Positions 27,101 through 39,349 of a DNA stretch of 64,000 nt are shown in pieces. The position numbers and the translations under genes are program-made. Origin of the DNA: Monocercomonoides exilis PA203 (Eukaryota; Protista; Preaxostyla); assembly GCA_001643675.2 (NCBI GenBank), contig LSRY02000034.1, positions 1,031,895 through 1,095,894 of the forward strand, read 5' to 3'. The notes beneath the pieces are model-generated. The model ran no database searches, had not been told where the DNA came from, and worked only from the letters and a program-made list of their open reading frames with translations. Every line of letters starts with the position of its first letter. Position 1 is the first letter of the stretch.

Positions 27101-30100
27101 TCCAGTAACTTTTGTCCTTATTCCTTTTCCATACGGAACAGCTGCTGAAATTTGTGACGCACATTTCCCGTATTTTTTCTTCAGTGCTGCCAGCCACTCA
27201 TCCTTCACGCTCTCCTCCACAAAGCATAATCCACTTGACGTATTTGACGAGCGTAGTGTATATCCTCCTGATACATTAGTTACTGTCCCACAATAAATGC
27301 AAACAAGATCTGTCTGAACAGCATTCATCAGCCACTTGACCCAGCTGAGATATTCCGTTGCTGTGGGATGCATTGAATATAAAACACGATATCCTCTTTT
27401 GACGAAGAATTCAGCCAACAAAAGCCCACTTCCAACAGAATATGAATTCTCTAACAGTGAAGTCGATGCTGAAGAAGAAGAAGAGGAGGAAGAGGGAGAA
27501 TCTGCTTGGTGATCCGAAATATTCTTTGTTGATGGAACCATAAAAATTGCACAAACATAACGAAAAGAAAGCAGTGGAAATGTTTTTGGTGTAATTCTGT
27601 CAAGGTTTATACATCCCATTTTATCTAACTCTCTTTCTTGTTCAGCGCAAATGGAGTCATAATCAACCGTCTGACTCATCTTCAATGCAAAGTCTATGAA
27701 TTGCCGCTTGCGCTCGTCTGTGTTATCTTGCAATGCAAATTGCTTTGCTTGAAGCTCGAAGATATCATCATCATCTTTTTCTTCCTCCTCCTCTTCTTCT
27801 TCAATACCTCCCACTAATTCAACAGATCCAACAGATCTTTCGCATTTATTAGACGATGGCTTTGGGCAGCCAAGCACTTTCATATGTAAATCATTTGTAA
27901 TTTCTGTTGCTTGCAGTTCTCTTTCTTTCTTAGAAAGAAGAGGAAGCACAGGTAATTCTTCAAGAATGCAATTTGTTGAAGTAATCTCTGCATGCTGTGA
28001 GTTCCCCAGCAGCAGCTGGATGTGCGAAGCCATTTCTTTCCAGTCAATCAGCGGGTCAATTTCCAGAAGAGATAAAAAGTGTTTAGTGAAAGAATCTTCT
28101 TTTCCTCCATCAGGCTTAAAACTAACGTAGCGCGACTCATCTGCTCTACACGATGCAATATGAATAATGTTTGGTCTCGAAAAATTTGAGTCACTTGAAG
28201 ATCTTTCGCTCAAAGATGACAAATGACCATCTCCAGAGAATTGAACCAAAGGACGAGACGTTGTTTTGTCTTTAGAATCGTCTGAAGCAGCAGATGCACT
28301 GACGCTCTCATCAATCTGCGACAATCCAAAAATATCACCCACGAAAGACGAGCAAGTAATTAACACCACGCGCAATCCTGGTCTGGGCTTATTCTTCATT
28401 AAAAGCTCACGCAAGTTGCGCGTGCGGATGTAATCGCGGCAGCCGATGCTCTCCACCTGCTTCCTCATTCCCTCTCCCTTCAGTTCAGAAACTATTCCTA
28501 TTTCTCTCCTTTCACTTCTCATTCGATTTATCCATCTGTCTTTTTCCTTCTCTTCCATAAAACTCAATGCCATTTCTTTATGATCTGAAGTATTCGTATC
28601 AGCAGATGCAGAGCCCGGCTGCGACGAAGATGGCTTCTTTGAATTGTGAACACAATAGACAGCAATACCAACGTAGACAGAAACAAAGTCAACTTGCACA
28701 TTCTGAAGAAGCCATTCCATCCAGTGATAATATTCTGTTGTCGTGGGGTCTGCAAAATATCCAACACGATAGCCTCTCCCGACAAAAAGCTTTGCATAAC
28801 TCATTCCTTGTTCCATTGCTGCATTCCCCGTCTTCTTCATCTTGTTTTTTTCTTCCGCATCGACAGACTTTCCATCCGAATCGGTTGCATCATCTGGGTC
28901 AAGATGGTGTCGGGATGTGACAATAAACACAGCTGCAAAGTTTCCAAGACGGAACGAAGAGAAAGCATCTAAAGAAAACCTGTTGAGGTTTATGCAGCCC
29001 ATTCTGTCAAGCTGAACCATGTATTTTGCATAAGGAGATGGATAATCAAAGGATTGTTGCATTTCTAACAGAAAGGAGATTTCTCGTTTCAGTTCCTCTT
29101 TTCGTTGTACTGAAAAAGATTCAAGAATGTTTTGCGTTTTTTGTTCACTTTTCTGCTTCTTTTTTTCTTTGTGCAAGCTTTCCTCTTCATTCGCATGACT
29201 TTTTTCAATCGTATTTGTGGAAGAATGCTTTTCGGGTATTTTTTCGTCCAATGTTGGATTTCGATTTGGTTGCCCCTTTCCAGATATTTCTGCAAATATG
29301 GCTCTATTTTTCTCTCTCAGCTTGTCTATTTCACTTGCATTTCCCCCGCTTTTGTCTCTTTCCATCGAATTTAACTCTTTTTCTTTTGATTTCTTGCTAT
29401 TTTGTATTCTCTTTTCATCTTTTGTTTCATTGTTTGTTTTCCTTTCTCCTTTAAATTGCTCTGCTTCTTTTCTTTCATCCATGTCTCTTTCTTTTTTCTC
29501 TTTTTTCTTGCTGTCACTCAAGTTTGAAAGATAAATTTGAAGATCTCCACCAACTTTAGGTTTTTTTGAATCAACTAAAATGCTACTATGCTGCTCTTTG
29601 TTTTCTTCATTACTTTCTTTTTTATCTTCTTCCTTCGGTTTTTGTGAAAAATCCCCGCTATCACTTTTTCCTTTATCTAAATTTTCTTTCCTTCTTCGGA
29701 ATCTTTCCCGATTTGTGTAAAGTTCATATGTCACATCATCATCTGAATCAGGTTTTGCGGGATTATTATCAACATTTTGATCATTGTTACGCTTATTTTC
29801 CTTTTTGCATTCACCAAAAGTTCCGCCTTTGTTCCCAATCTGACTTCTTGCTCTTTCATCTTTCCCTGTTTTGTTCTGTTTGTCTTCCCTCTTCAATTCG
29901 CATGAAGAAGATGCTTTTGTTGCTTCTGGAGCATCCGAAGATTCTTTTCTCAGCCATTTTGCTTGGCATCCGTTGAAGTGCACATCAAATAATTTCTTTG
30001 AGAAGAATTTTGTGTTGCACATGCAGCAGAGCAGATGAGTCTTATCGGAAACTGGTTTTTCTTCTGTCAGCTGCACTTTTCTTTTTGTGCTTTCCTGATT

Positions 30101-30980
30101 CCTTTCACGTTGTTTATCTTTCCTTTGGCTGCTGCATTCATCGTGTTCATCGTTTGACAATGGAAGTACTGATTTGCTCGGAACAGACCGCAAGCTGTTT
30201 AGAGAAACATCTTGCTTCACTGTAACTTCATGAGCAGATGGCAAAGTTGGAAACGGAAAGGAAGGTGAAGGTGATGATGAGTGAGACGAGTTAGAAGAAG
30301 ATGGAGAAGGCAGTGCTTGATTCTCCGTACGAGGAATACGTGTGCGAGCATGATGTTTTTGCTGAGTTTCAGTGTCTGCATTTGGAATTTGAGAAGTTTT
30401 TGTTGTTTCAACAGTAGTCTTTGTTGGAATGTGATTAGCAATGTCTGCAGAAGATGTTGTTGGCTGAGGGGAACGTGGTGTTCTATTGGCTGGAGTGCGA
30501 AGGCCTTGTTGAATGCGATTTTCGCTTTCTCCTGTTTTTGCTCCTGTTTTAAAAGTTGCCTTTTCATCTGTGATTTCTCCACTGGTTTTTTCTGGCTTTT
30601 CGTGTTTCTCCTTCTTTGCTCCTTCTTTTCTCGCTGAAGGTCTGCTATCTATTTTATTCTCTGTCAGTCCACCATCGCAATCACTAGAGGATGTGCTATC
30701 CGTTGTATGCGTTTTTGAATACTCCTCTTTTGCCTCTGAAGTTGCTCGTCTCTTTTTAAGTGATGGTGCAGGAACCCTCAACTGTGGCGAATGCGAAGAC
30801 GAAGAAGAAGAAGAAGAAGAAGAAGAAGAGGAAGAGGAAGAAGAAGAGGAAGAAGAAGAGGAAGAAGATAAAGAAGAAGAAGAAGAAGAAGAAGAAGAAG
30901 AAGAAGAAGAAGAAGAAGAAGAAGAAGAAGAAGAAGAAGAAGAAGAAGAAGAAGAAGAAGAAGAAGAAGAAGAAGAAGAA

Positions 30981-31015
<35 letters not shown>

Positions 31016-32195
31016 CGATGATGATTCTGTATCATCTGAATGCACAGTATGCTCCAATGGAAATCTGAATGTTCTGAGCCTTTCGCTAAGCTGAGATAGT
31101 GTTGGCCGCTTTTTTGGATTCTTATTGCATTATCATGTTTTTTAACAATGAAAATTCAAGATCATAAAAAGTGAATTTCTGGTTATAATCCTCTAAAATG
31201 TTAAGAAGAATCAAACTTCTTCCAGAGCATCGATAAATAACTGCATCAGCGGTTCTGAAGGATCTGTAATATCATTTTTACTGAAATTTTTCATCGATTC
31301 TCTAACTGCATCTGAATTAATTCCTGTAAAAATGGGTTTTTTCAAATGAGCATAGAATATCAGTGAACCTAATGAAAACACATCGCTTGCGATTGTTGGC
31401 CTTTCATTTAAACAAATATACATCAAGATATTTTTTGTTAAAACATTCAAACCTACAACCATCAATTATCTCGGGAGCAATGAATGAGAATGTAAAAAGC
31501 GATGAACGAAATGTTAGCAATAATGACGGAAAAAAGGATGCCAATCCAAAATCATCTTTTTTAAAAATAAATCGTCGGAATTTTAAAACAATTCAAACTT
31601 ATTTTCATATCCATGTTTTCATTGATAAAAACATTTTCAGGATGGAGTCTTCCATGCACGATACCACAGGAAGCAATGTAACTTAGTGCATCAATTGCTT
31701 GAATCGCAAATTTTAAGATGAACTGCAAAAAAATAAAATATTCAATTAAAATGAATTATCAAACTTTCGAAGAAATAAGTGTTGCAATTTCAGGGTTATT
31801 TATTGCTGCGAAAAGCGAAGTATCTCCTTGATCTTCTGTTAATGCGTGACACATACGCGCAGTAATTATGCACCGTGTATAACGAACAATTCCCTTGTTA
31901 TGATAGTGAGTCAGATTTAAAAATTGAGATTTGTTATCCTTGTCTAAATTTATAGTTTCATGTTTTATTCGTTTCCAAATAGATATTTCGCCTGTTTTCG
32001 TATATCTCACTCTTGAAGAAGAACCAAGAGCTCCTTTTTTGAGAGAATTTACAACCTCATCTGAAAAAAAAGTAATTTTAATTTAAAAATATATTAACTT
32101 CATAACCATAAATAAGAAAGATTATTTATACAATAACTTTCAGATTTTTTTTCTGGTGAATCCGTTTTAGCAACTTCACTCATGATCGTGCCCAT
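24128..32195 (-). CDS. Pseudokinase - poly-Ser - Zn-finger - 3 pseudo-metacaspase - metacaspase fusion protein (~2585 aa); exons 32195-32138 (or 32132), 32060-31765, 31722-31599, 31555-31453, 31400-31217, 31120-24128
   Basis: Five short GT-AG introns keep the frame and join kinase subdomains (KGALG, SIWKRI, IVHGRLHPENVF, DFGLA, FIAPE, SDVFSLG, NPKKRPT) to the 2309-aa ORF. The C-terminal domain has YFSGHGG and ISECCHAG (caspase-fold His/Cys dyad). Confidence 0.8.
30796..31026. repeat. (GAA)n/(GAT)n microsatellite encoding a poly-Ser linker of ~75 residues on the minus strand
   Basis: Read directly from the sequence. Confidence 0.9.
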
Positions 32196-33074
32196 TTTTA
32201 AAAATTTTTCTTATTTAAAAAAATCAGACCTTTTTCGTCTTTGTCTATGATATATGCAAAGAACAAGTGATTGTAAATTGGGAAGTATTTATTTAATTTT
32301 ATTGAATCAAATATGAATATACTCAATCGGAATCTTGATTTCTTAAAAATTTTGTTATATGGGGCAAAATATTTTTTTTCCGACTTTTGTTCCACCTGTT
32401 ATATATTAAATTGTTTTCCATTCATTTCCAAAATAACAATAATATAATTTCTTTGGAATGAATTTCAACAACAAAATTTTAAAAGCTAAATAATAATAAA
32501 TCATCCTGGAAAACTGATTCAGGACCAAGTTCCTGCAAGTTTTCCACAATTTGAAGAACAAATTTCATAGAAAACAGGATCGAATCAGTCTAGCCCTTAA
32601 TCATTGAATAAAATGATATCATTGGGTGAGCAATAATTTACGGCAATTTATTTGTAAATATTTATTTTATTTTATGTTTTTTTCTGCATCATTTTCAATT
32701 TATTTGTCAAATATAATTTTTTAATTATTTATCACAATTATGTCATTTTCAATTGAATCCATTGAAACAGAAAAAAAGAAAGCATTCCTTCAAACGTTTG
32801 TTCATCTTCGCTGTTTCCTTCTTTTGTGCCAATTGAATTACAAGAAATATAAAAATAATTAAAACAATAAGAATAATAAAAATTATTTGGGAAAGAATTG
32901 TCAAAAGGTGAATTATCGTTCGAATAACATTCCTGAGACAAACCTGAGCAACTGTCAGAGCCGCGCATATTAGAAAATGAATCAGAAAATACATTTTCAT
33001 TTTTTATATTAGATAAAGATTTATTATTTGAGTATTTTTCTATTAGCTTAACTGTATTTTCAATCCTATTTTTT

Positions 33075-35616
33075 ACATTTCTTCCTAATTTACCTTTTTT
33101 TCATTGAAAATGTTTTCGATTTTATTATCTTTTCTTTCAAACACTTTCCCATTTCTGCGATCTTCTCTTATTTTTTTTCCTTTATAGTAATTTCTTGTAA
33201 ACTGAAACAATTATTTGAACATGTGGCAGAAGAGGGAAACTTACCATTCATTTTCACAAAAAAACAAATAATTTTTCATTCCAGTAATTGGTTGATCTCC
33301 CCATTGTAGTTCTTTTATTTCCTTGTGTCTGAAAGATTTATTCACAAAAAATACATGTTTCATATCAACAGAGAAATAAATAAAGAATTCAATTATTAAA
33401 AATAATAAAAAACGAAATTAGAAAACATTTTTTTTTCAACAGAAAACAAACCACAAAAAAAATTTTTTTATTTCGTTTTTTGTTTAAATATTCACAACAG
33501 ACAAAGTTAAAAATTAAACAGATGACTTCATTAAAGGAGAAGATGCTGATGTGTAATTATTGTTGGAAATAAAAATGTCGGTATTATCATTATCAGTGTC
33601 AAATAAATAAGAATAATAATTCGAACAAAAAAAATCAATTAATTCATGAAAATTTTTCAAAGTTTTATTTCCAAGATTATTATTTATTTATCTCGTCAAA
33701 AACCCAAATTCGCGATCAGATTCGCTTTTCCTGTGATGTTCAGCTAAAAACGATAGAGAGCATTGTTTGTTTTTGAATAAAACTGAATTCTTTGAAAATA
33801 CAGCATGAAAAATATGCGAGTTTCGGAAATGAGGTCCATTATCACAATAAAAATAAAAACAATCAATATTAAAAAAATATTAAATTTTCACAACTTATAC
33901 AAACTTTCTATAATAAATCTGTAATCATGAGAAGTATCTTAGTTAAAAAATTAATGCAATATTTATTCTAAGAACCAGTACCGTCAACAATAAAAACAAT
34001 ATAATATAGATGTGAAATCTATCTCTTCTGGTAAAATTTTTTTCCAGTTTCGTTGTTAGAGATGGGGAGAGCCCTATTCTCTTTGAAATTTTTCAAAAAA
34101 ATGCATTCTTTTGGTTTTAAATTATTTCTTTTCAAATAATAAAGATCTCTTCGACTTTGCTTCATTTTTTTATGTTCATCTATCAAATTTTTTTTTCTTT
34201 TTCTTTTTCAGTTTACTCTTTCATTTTTCTTTTCAAATCTCTTTCTTTTTCTTCTGAATACTTTCCTCTCATACATATTTCACACAAATCAGTCCGTTTC
34301 TTGGCTTTATTGAAATGCTTCTTTTTTAATAAGACGTGGAAAAAACTATTTTTATTTCGATATCATTCTTAATTTCATTAAATAATTGCTTTTTTTGCTT
34401 TTTCAATTATGCTCTTTTCATTTGGAAAAAATACTTGATTTTTCTTTTTCTTTTTCTTATCATCTCCTTGTTCCTTTTTTTATCATCAATTTTTTCTTCC
34501 TTTTCTTTATCTTTTCTTTCAATTTCTCTTTTACAATCCTTTTCATAATGTGAATTGTCGCTCTCTTGATATTCATGTTCTCCACTAGTCGAAGAATGAA
34601 TAATCGACGGAGCATTTATTGGATTTTCTCTTATCTTTTTGTTATTATCATTTTCCTTTTTTTTTAAGTTTCTTTTTTTAATGTTTTTCAATTCACAATC
34701 AACATAATTATCTTTTCCTTTTTTATTTTCGTTATCAATTGCTAAATTCGACGTTTCGGTCAAATCATTGTGACATGTGGAAAAAGAAGATGAATGATTC
34801 TTTTTCTGGTAATCGTGACGACTTTTTGATGATTGATCCTTACATGAAGATGAGGAACTATATGATCTTCTTGAAAAAATCATAATAATTTTATTCGTAT
34901 CATCGAAAAAGCAAAAAATCCATACAAAAACAAACGAAATATTTCAATCATACCAACCTTTTTTAACTCTTCTTCCATTTTCGCAGCTGCAGAAACTGTG
35001 GTGACTAAGCCAGTTTTCGACTTGGCTGTTATCTTTCTCAGCTTATAACAAATAACATGAAAATGTGAATTAATCATCCAACGTAAGAAATAATATAAAT
35101 AGAATACCTGATTCATCGAAACCATTGTTTGCTTCTGGACTTGAGCCATACATTTCGACTTTGGCCTTATCTCTGGAATAGTAGTATTCTCCCCGAGATA
35201 CTGCAAAACCAAAGCTTGACAATTCTTTTATTGACAAAACAGAAGAAATACGTGTTAACAGATTCAAGCGATCTTTTTTTGAAGTGACTTTATAATATTT
35301 CGATAGATTGTTTTCAATTTTTTCAATTTTCTCTGTTAGAAATAAAATATTGCTAGAAATTTATTAATATTTGAAATTAGAGAATGACAATAAAGACAAT
35401 AACATTATGAAATAACAACAAACTCTGGAAAATGGTTTCGATGGCTTCCCGAAATGGTTTTCCATTTTTAAAGTTGAAAAGAAAGTGCATCAAGCACCCT
35501 TCCGGATCGTCAGGATCCAAATGCTTAACACTATTTAGTATCAAGCTTGCTTGCCTCCTTTTTGTTGCACGCGGCTTTGCAAAATATGAATGTTCAGTTA
35601 TATTTATGTTCATCAT
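33075..35616 (-). pseudogene. Decayed DNA-transposon transposase, Sola-like (DDD) type
   Basis: Manual translation across stops and frameshifts gives KAKKRTDLCEIC (~34274-34310), ECIFLKNFKEN (~34076-34108), DTSHDYRF, YCDNGPHFRN (~33821-33850) and FLAEHHRKSESDREFG (~33701-33750). These match the DF.EN / D..GPHF.N / HGKS.CD..FG motif order of this transposase class. Confidence 0.6.
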
Positions 35617-35849
35617 TTTTCTAATGGTTCAGAAAATTGAAAAAAGAAAATTAATTCATTGAAGTCAAAGAATAAAGCAAAAGAGGAATGATCCAAAAAG
35701 TATAAATGAAAGAGAGATTGAGATTGAGCTGAACAAAATCTAACAGTATCAGAACACCCTTTGTTATATTAACAGTTAGATGAAGCAAAAGCAAATAGGC
35801 GATTTTTTATTTTTTTGATATCATTAAAAAGATCAAAAATCGAAAGTAT

Positions 35850-36068
35850 AATATATGGCTGATCCTTTTTGAAATCATACTTTCGTTCGAGTTTTGATCA
35901 AAAAATTAATCTCAATGGGATTTGTGTCAAATTTTGTTTTTGTAATAGCAATATCATAAACAACATGTATAAACAGTTTGAGTTCAATTTTTCAAAATCC
36001 CATTGAGATTAAAATTCTGATCAAAACTCGAATGAAAGTGTGATTTCAAAAAGGATCAGCCATATATT
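35850..36068. repeat. Long inverted repeat: 74-bp arms (35850-35923 and 35995-36068, ~5 mismatches) with a 71-bp spacer; MITE-like or a transposon subterminal hairpin
   Basis: Left arm aatatatggctgatcctttttgaaatcatac...ctcaatgggattt is the reverse complement of aaatcccattgag...gatttcaaaaaggatcagccatatatt. Confidence 0.85.
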
Positions 36069-36328
36069 GTGGTATTTTTTGATCAAAGAGAAAAATTGAT
36101 TTTTCACAAGTATTTACACCAAAAATAATTCATATTCGAAAAAAAATAATTCGATTTCGGAAATAATTATTTAATCGAAAAATAATAATTTGAATTCGTA
36201 ATTTATTAATTCGAATTCGGAAAAGAATAATTCAATTTTGAAATTTATTTAAAACTGAAATTTTTAATTTTTTTGGATGGATTTCGGAAAATGTCAAGTT
36301 AATTTTTTACCAGTCAAATATTAAAACT

Positions 36329-36329
<1 letters not shown>

Positions 36330-36365
<36 letters not shown>
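36330..36365. repeat. Poly-A run (~36 nt)
   Basis: Read directly from the sequence. Confidence 0.9.
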
Positions 36366-36367
<2 letters not shown>

Positions 36368-36829
36368 GAAGTTTCAAGACTAACTTAACAATACCGGTAA
36401 TTGGAAAATAAAAACAAAAAACATTAGAAAAGTTTGAGATATGAAAAATTAAATTTTTTTTGACTTTCTAAAAATGACAATAGTTTGTCATCTTTAATTT
36501 CTTTGGCTTTAACATCACAAAATCATCATTTAAGTTTCGTGCTTCAGCTTCAACAGCAAAACAAAAGATAAAACTGTGGAAAAGGAAATATTTTCAAGAA
36601 TAACAATTGATTCAAATTCGTTATCTCTCTCTATTCTCCTGATTATTTGGAGTTCAAATTTTCTTCTCTATACCATTTGTTTTTCAACTATAATTTTCTA
36701 TTATTATTTCTTTCACATTATCATTCTGCATACTCCCTCTATCGCTCCTTAATCACCAAATGAATACATTCCACTCATCCTGCACTTTCTCTTTTTCTAC
36801 TTTTATTTCTTTTCTTTATTTCCCCCCTT

Positions 36830-37441
36830 TTCATCTTCATCTTTCTCGCTGACTGCTCCCTCGCCCTCCACTCCTCTAACATCACCGACATCACCTCCAC
36901 TTCCACTCCCAAAATCTGTGTCCTCTCCTCTGCCACCTCCCCCGCCCTCTCCCTCTCCCTCACCAACTGCACCATCACCAACATCAACTCAGAACAGTTG
37001 AGCCAACAGACTGCCACAGATGGCGGGTGCATCTCATTCGCCTCATCCGTCTCTGACAATACGTTTTTGGTGAGTGACATCTCCTTCTCCACCTGCTCTG
37101 TGAGCGAGGATGCAAGTTCTGGAGGAAGAGGTGGGGCACTCATGATCGAGTTCAATGAAGGCTCACAAGTGTCAGAATCTTCCTTTTCCATTACCAATAT
37201 CGTGTTTTCATCCAACAAGGCCAGTGTCGGAAGAGATGTGTATTTTGTGTGTGAATCATTTGTCGCTTCTGTGAAAGAGCCCATGTTCGCATTCATGGGA
37301 AACATCACTCAGAAAGACAACTCGGTTGTTGGACATGATAGAAGCAACTGGAATGTCAATTTGTTTATATTTCTCGACTGTTATACAGCTGACGATGAAT
37401 ATGCGAATGATCATCTTGGCATCAAAGCAATGTATTGCTGA
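36830..37441 (+). pseudogene. Fragment of a right-handed beta-helix (pectin-lyase/Pmp-like) surface protein
   Basis: LSLTNCTITNI, DGGCISF, ISFSTCSV, GRGGALMI and FSSNKASVGRDVYF (GGA[I/L] and FxxN motifs); no start or signal peptide, and it decays into stops. Confidence 0.55.
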
Positions 37442-39349
37442 CTATCAAAGATGTCCTGCAAGAGGACACACAATACGACGAGACTTCAGAAAAATGTGGA
37501 GTTCATTTAGCTGATATTATTTCATGAGCTGACTTGTCGGTGAATTTATGTGCAAAAGAAGGCAAAGTCGAAGAAAGTTGGGGGGATGGCACACAAAATA
37601 GAAGAAAACATCTCACATGTGCATTTGATGAAATCAACATTGCTTGTCGGGCATTTATTCTCTTCTTTCATAGAATTTTCTGTTAAATATGCCTTTTCAA
37701 ATAAATAAGTTTCCCTCATTGTTTCATCTTCTGCGACTTTTTGAAGGCATGTGGCCTTGCGAAATCTCTCGAAAACAATCCCTGCAACTGTTTTTTCAAA
37801 GAAATCTTTTCCAATCTTGTACTTTCTTCTTCCTGTAATTCTTTCAATCTCAAAACAAATAATGCAGAGGCAACCTTCATGGATTGTGTGCCCGATGATC
37901 GGTTATTCTTGATTTGACATTGAATCACTTCCGTTGACATATAATTTCAGCTGATATTCTACGATAGAATAAATATTCGTTTTGTGCTTTACAAAAGAAA
38001 ATAAAAGATGAGGCATGGCGCTGCATTTGACAGGAGTTGAATGAATTTGAATAAACATTATTTTTGCTGTTCGTTGAAGAAGACGTAGAGGAAGAAGTCT
38101 ATTTGTATGAAATGAAATCAATTCGTTCAAATTACATTTATTCATCATCAAAATTGTGAATGAAAAATGAAGACTTGTTCAGTGATTGATTGATTAACTG
38201 AGACAATAAAAAGCGAAACAAACATTTTACGGTTCAATATCGTGGCTCTTCTGATTGAGCTGTATTAATACATCAGAGGGTTGATGCCCCGATCCAACTT
38301 TAAGTTAAATGAGCAGCAAAGAAGAAGGCGAAGAAGGCGAAGAAGATGAGATGATAATGAATTATGAATTGAATCCAAAGCTTTTTTATATAGAAGTTGA
38401 ATTAAACTTGTGTGATGTCGATGAGATATTATTTGTTATTCAATAAGTTGATTTGAGATAGAGCGAATAATCGCAATCACAACATTTGTGGCAAGCTGGC
38501 TGAAATTAATTGATAAAGACTGAAATAGGAACATCAGCGACTGACTCTGAGTTGATATCCCGTCTTTGCTTAAGAAATAGAAGATTACACTGTTCTGTTG
38601 GAGCTGATTTTTCAAACATAATGAATATCTTTCAAGGATATTGGCAAAAAAGAATTCGAAGAAGTCGCTGAAGAAGCAGAGGAAGATGAAGAAGGCGAAG
38701 ATGATGAAGGTGTGAAGGTGAAGAAAAAGAATTAGAAAAAGTATTTATTTTTGGGCTTTGAGCTATTTTCGGAATAAAATCGCTTTGTTTGTCAAGAGAA
38801 GAGCGAAGAAGGAACGTGCTTGGGAAAAGAGAACCCAATGAAGAAATTATTTGGAAGCTGGGTGTCGTTGCGGCTTCATATAGAGAAGGAAGAACGACGC
38901 TGGAAGAAGAAGAAGTCGAAGTTGGAGTAGTTGCAGATGAAGGAGAAGGAGAAGGAGAAGGAGAAGGAGAAGGAGAAGAAGAAGGAGAAGAAAAAAGAGG
39001 AGGAGAAGAAGGTCAGGAAATGCATCAGAAGGAAAGGATGGATGTGCTTCTCCTTTCAAATCGTGTAGCGTTTATGTATGACTTCTTTCTCTGCCTGCAC
39101 AACTGTCTGAATGTATTCCATTCCTCTCTCAAAAACTGCCTTTGCTAGCGTATGCACAACTATATGTATTTTTGAAGACATATTTTTTGCTGTCCTGCTC
39201 TTTTCTGATCTCTCTCCTAATCGCAGCAACGGTTGGCCACATGAAAACAGGATGAAAATATTTCCTCTTGCATTATTCACTTACACTTTCACTGCTCAAT
39301 GATGTGAAGGATTCTGTATCATCTGAGGAATAAGAAGAATTACAAGACG

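Noticed and set aside
32400-33000. Possible small secreted multi-exon gene (MKMYFLIHFLICAALTVAQ)
   Set aside because: Could not build a consistent spliced frame
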